DNA of 40,694 nucleotides from a virus (Duplodnaviria; Heunggongvirae; Uroviricota; Caudoviricetes): IMG/VR virus record IMGVR_UViG_2541047798_000002; one strand, 5' to 3'. Shown piece by piece: positions 37,749 to 40,694 of this stretch (position 1 is its first letter; each line of letters starts with the position of its first letter). The notes under the pieces were generated by a model. It saw only the letters and a program-made list of their open reading frames with translations, ran no database searches and was not told where the DNA came from. The position numbers and the translations under genes were made by a program.

Positions 37749-40694
37749 ATGACAGATATCACCGCAAATGTTGTGGTAAGCATGCCTTCGCAACTCTTCA
37801 CTATGGCGCGTTCTTTTAAAGCAGTAGCTAATGGCAAAATTTATATCGGTAAAATTGACACTGACCCTGTAAATCCTGAAAACCAGATTCAGGCTTATGT
37901 GGAGAACGAAGACGGTTCTCACGTTCCTGTTTCGCAACCAATAATCATTAACGCTGCCGGATATCCGGTATATAACGGACAGATTGCCAAGTTTGTAACT
38001 GTGCAAGGCCATTCCATGGCTGTATATGATGCGTATGGTTCGCAGCAGTTCTATTTTCCCAATGTGCTGAAGTATGATCCTGATCAGTTACGGCAGCAAT
38101 TAGAAGACCCAGATGGAGCGAATAAATACCCAAAACTTCAGATAGCAAGATGGAGAGACAGTTATGATGTAAGAGGTTGGGGGGCTATTGGTGATGGTGT
38201 TCATGATGATACATCAGCTCTATCAGAATTACTTTCTGTTGCAACAGGTGGTGAAAAGATAGATGGGCGAGGGCTTACTTTTAAAGTATCAACTCTTCCA
38301 GATGTCAGTCGATTTAAAAATGCTCGTTTTTTATTTGAGAGAATACCGGGTCAGCCTCTTTTTTATGTTTCTGAAGATTTTATCCAGGGAGAGTTATTTA
38401 AAATTACAGATACACCGTGGTACAACGCCTGGACGCAGGATAAAACGTTTGTATATGACAATGTCATCTATGCGCCTTTTATGGCTGGAGACCGCCATGG
38501 TGTAAATAACCTCCATGTTGCATGGGTTCGCTCAGGAGATGACGGGAAGACCTGGACAACGCCGGAATGGCTTACAGATTTACATGAAAACTATCCCACA
38601 GTTAACTATCACTGCATGAGTATGGGGGTTGTCAGAAATCGCCTTTTTGCTGTAATTGAGACGCGGACCGTGAGCGGAAATAAACTGCAGGTTGCAGAGT
38701 TGTGGGATCGCCCAATGAGTCGCAGCCTTCGCGTTTATGGTGGTATAACGAAAGCAGCAAATCAGCAAGTCGCTTATATTCGCATTACTGATCACGGATT
38801 ATTTGCTGGTGATTTTGTCAACTTCTCAAACTCTGGTGTTACAGGTGTTACCGGGAATATGACGGTGACTACTGTTATTGATAAAAATACTTTTACAGTT
38901 ACGACGCAAAATACCCAGGATGTGGATCAGAATAACGAGGGTAGATACTGGAGTTTTGGTACATCATTTCACTCGTCACCATGGAGAAAAACCAGTCTTG
39001 GAACTATTCCTTCTTTTGTTGACGGAAGCACTCCTGTTACTGAGATTCACAGTTTTGCGACGATTAGCGATAACAGTTTTGCTGTTGGCTACCATAATGG
39101 TGATATTGGTCCACGCGAGCTTGGGATACTCTATTTCTCTGATGCTTTCGGTTCTCCTGGTAGCTTTGTTCGCAGACGCATACCTGCAGAATATGAGGCG
39201 AATGCATCTGAGCCATGTGTAAAATATTATGATGGCATTCTGTATCTGACGACCAGGGGGACATTAAGTACTCAACCCGGTAGTTCATTGCACAGAAGCT
39301 CTGATTTAGGTACATCATGGAATTCTCTTCGCTTCCCAAATAATGTTCATCACTCAAACCTTCCTTTTGCCAAAGTTGGCGATGAGCTGATTATTTTTGG
39401 CAGTGAGCGCGCATTTGGTGAGTGGGAAGGAGGAGAACCTGATAACCGTTATGCAGGAAACTATCCAAGAACATTTATGACCAGAGTTAACGTCAATGAG
39501 TGGAGTCTGGATAATGTAGAGTGGGTTAATGTTACTGATCAGATTTATCAGGGCGGAATAGTTAACTCTGCGGTTGGTGTTGGTTCAGTTTGTATCAAAG
39601 ACAACTGGCTGTACTACATTTTCGGTGGGGAAGACTTTCTAAACCCATGGAGCATAGGGGATAACAACAGAAAATATCCTTATGTTCACGATGGTCACCC
39701 GGCTGATTTGTATTGTTTCAGGGTGAAAATTAAACAGGAAGAATTTGTTTCAAGGGATTTTGTCTACGGAGCCACTCCTAACAGAACGCTTCCTACTTTT
39801 ATGTCGACGTCAGGCGTGAGGACGGTTCCTGTACCCGTTGATTTCACAGATGATGTTGCCGTCCAGTCACTGACTGTCCATGCAGGTACATCAGGACAAG
39901 TTCGCGCGGAAGTCAAACTTGAGGGTAATTACGCCATTATTGCGAAGAAAGTACCGTCTGATGATGTTACCGCTCAGAGATTAATCGTTAGCGGCGGTGA
40001 AACAACGTCTTCAGCAGATGGTGCAATGATAACGTTGCATGGTTCCAGAAGCAGTACTCCACGTCGCGCGGTATATAACGCACTCGAACATCTTTTTGAG
40101 AACGGAGATGTTAAACCTTATCTTGATAATGTAAATGCTCTTGGTGGTCCGGGAAACAGGTTCTCGATAGTTTATCTTGGCTCCAATCCTGTGGTTACCA
40201 GTGACGGAACATTAAAGACAGAGCCGGTCTCTCCTGACGAAGCATTGCTGGATGCCTGGGGTGACGTCAGGTATATCGCTTATAAATGGCTGAACGCTGT
40301 CGCTATAAAGGGGGAAGAAGGGGCGAGGATACATCATGGTGTAATCGCGCAGCAACTTCGTGATGTTCTTATTTCTCACGGACTCATGGAAGAAGAAAGC
40401 ACAACATGCCGCTATGCCTTTCTTTGCTATGACGATTATCCCGCAGTATATGATGACGTCATTACTGGCCAAAGGGAAATGCCGCTGACTGATAATGACG
40501 GGAGCATCATTGTTGATGAGGATGATAATCCAGTGATGGTAATAGAAGACATCATTGAGCGCGTTGAAATAACGCCAGCAGGATCTAGATGGGGGGTCAG
40601 ACCTGATCTCTTATTCTATATCGAGGCGGCATGGCAGCGCAGAGAAATGGATAAGATAAAAGCTAGGTTAGACTTAATAGAAGGGAAGCACTAA
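37749..40694 (+). CDS. Tailspike: P22-type head-binding domain fused to sialidase-like (probable endo-N-acetylneuraminidase) domain with C-terminal intramolecular chaperone
   Basis: 981-aa ORF; N-terminal ~110 aa ([53 protein letters not shown]...) is the conserved P22/Sf6/HK620 head-binding module; two Asp-box motifs SGDDGKTW and SSDLGTSW; C-terminal ~150 aa resembles autoproteolytic chaperone domains of endosialidases/tail fibres. Stop codon at window end. Confidence 0.8.
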   Translation: MTDITANVVVSMPSQLFTMARSFKAVANGKIYIGKIDTDPVNPENQIQAYVENEDGSHVPVSQPIIINAAGYPVYNGQIAKFVTVQGHSMAVYDAYGSQQFYFPNVLKYDPDQLRQQLEDPDGANKYPKLQIARWRDSYDVRGWGAIGDGVHDDTSALSELLSVATGGEKIDGRGLTFKVSTLPDVSRFKNARFLFERIPGQPLFYVSEDFIQGELFKITDTPWYNAWTQDKTFVYDNVIYAPFMAGDRHGVNNLHVAWVRSGDDGKTWTTPEWLTDLHENYPTVNYHCMSMGVVRNRLFAVIETRTVSGNKLQVAELWDRPMSRSLRVYGGITKAANQQVAYIRITDHGLFAGDFVNFSNSGVTGVTGNMTVTTVIDKNTFTVTTQNTQDVDQNNEGRYWSFGTSFHSSPWRKTSLGTIPSFVDGSTPVTEIHSFATISDNSFAVGYHNGDIGPRELGILYFSDAFGSPGSFVRRRIPAEYEANASEPCVKYYDGILYLTTRGTLSTQPGSSLHRSSDLGTSWNSLRFPNNVHHSNLPFAKVGDELIIFGSERAFGEWEGGEPDNRYAGNYPRTFMTRVNVNEWSLDNVEWVNVTDQIYQGGIVNSAVGVGSVCIKDNWLYYIFGGEDFLNPWSIGDNNRKYPYVHDGHPADLYCFRVKIKQEEFVSRDFVYGATPNRTLPTFMSTSGVRTVPVPVDFTDDVAVQSLTVHAGTSGQVRAEVKLEGNYAIIAKKVPSDDVTAQRLIVSGGETTSSADGAMITLHGSRSSTPRRAVYNALEHLFENGDVKPYLDNVNALGGPGNRFSIVYLGSNPVVTSDGTLKTEPVSPDEALLDAWGDVRYIAYKWLNAVAIKGEEGARIHHGVIAQQLRDVLISHGLMEEESTTCRYAFLCYDDYPAVYDDVITGQREMPLTDNDGSIIVDEDDNPVMVIEDIIERVEITPAGSRWGVRPDLLFYIEAAWQRREMDKIKARLDLIEGKH

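Noticed and set aside
1-40694. CRISPR arrays, tRNA/rRNA genes, insertion sequences
   Set aside because: Scanned for direct-repeat/spacer periodicity, cloverleaf-like conserved tRNA ends and transposase-like ORFs with terminal inverted repeats; none seen. The only repeats are operator half-sites and ori iterons.

Overview
The window reads as an essentially complete P22-like (lambdoid, mosaic) temperate prophage of an enterobacterial host, running from the integrase stop codon (position 1) to the tailspike stop codon (40694). Gene order: int-xis and an early-left accessory/recombination region (AntA-like protein, DUF551 protein, Ea22-like protein, Sak4-type ATPase plus SSB-like protein, kil, cIII, ral, N-like antiterminator with nutL), then OL/PL, a three-gene lysogen-oriented cargo cassette sitting where lambda carries rexAB, cI, OR, cro, nutR, cII, an O-like initiator with intragenic iterons, a primase-helicase fusion, ninB/E/F/G/I, Q, PR'/tR', lysis cassette (S, R, Rz/Rz1), terS/terL, portal, scaffold, coat, gp4/gp10/gp26 completion proteins, gp14/gp7/gp20/gp16 ejection proteins, an accessory island, a P22-type immI region (mnt | arc-ant with recognisable operators) and a long tailspike whose P22-like head-binding N-terminus is fused to a sialidase-like domain with Asp-boxes. 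This is the architecture expected of a K1-capsule-specific CUS-3-like phage. Protein identities are from my recall of lambda/P22 sequences and motifs, not from a search. The most interesting candidates for undescribed biology are (i) the cassette between cI and OL/PL, (ii) a ClpP-fold serine protease translationally coupled to mnt, (iii) the small accessory island between the ejection genes and immI, and (iv) a TGT/DpdA-like ORF in the early-left region. No rRNA, tRNA or CRISPR array was seen.
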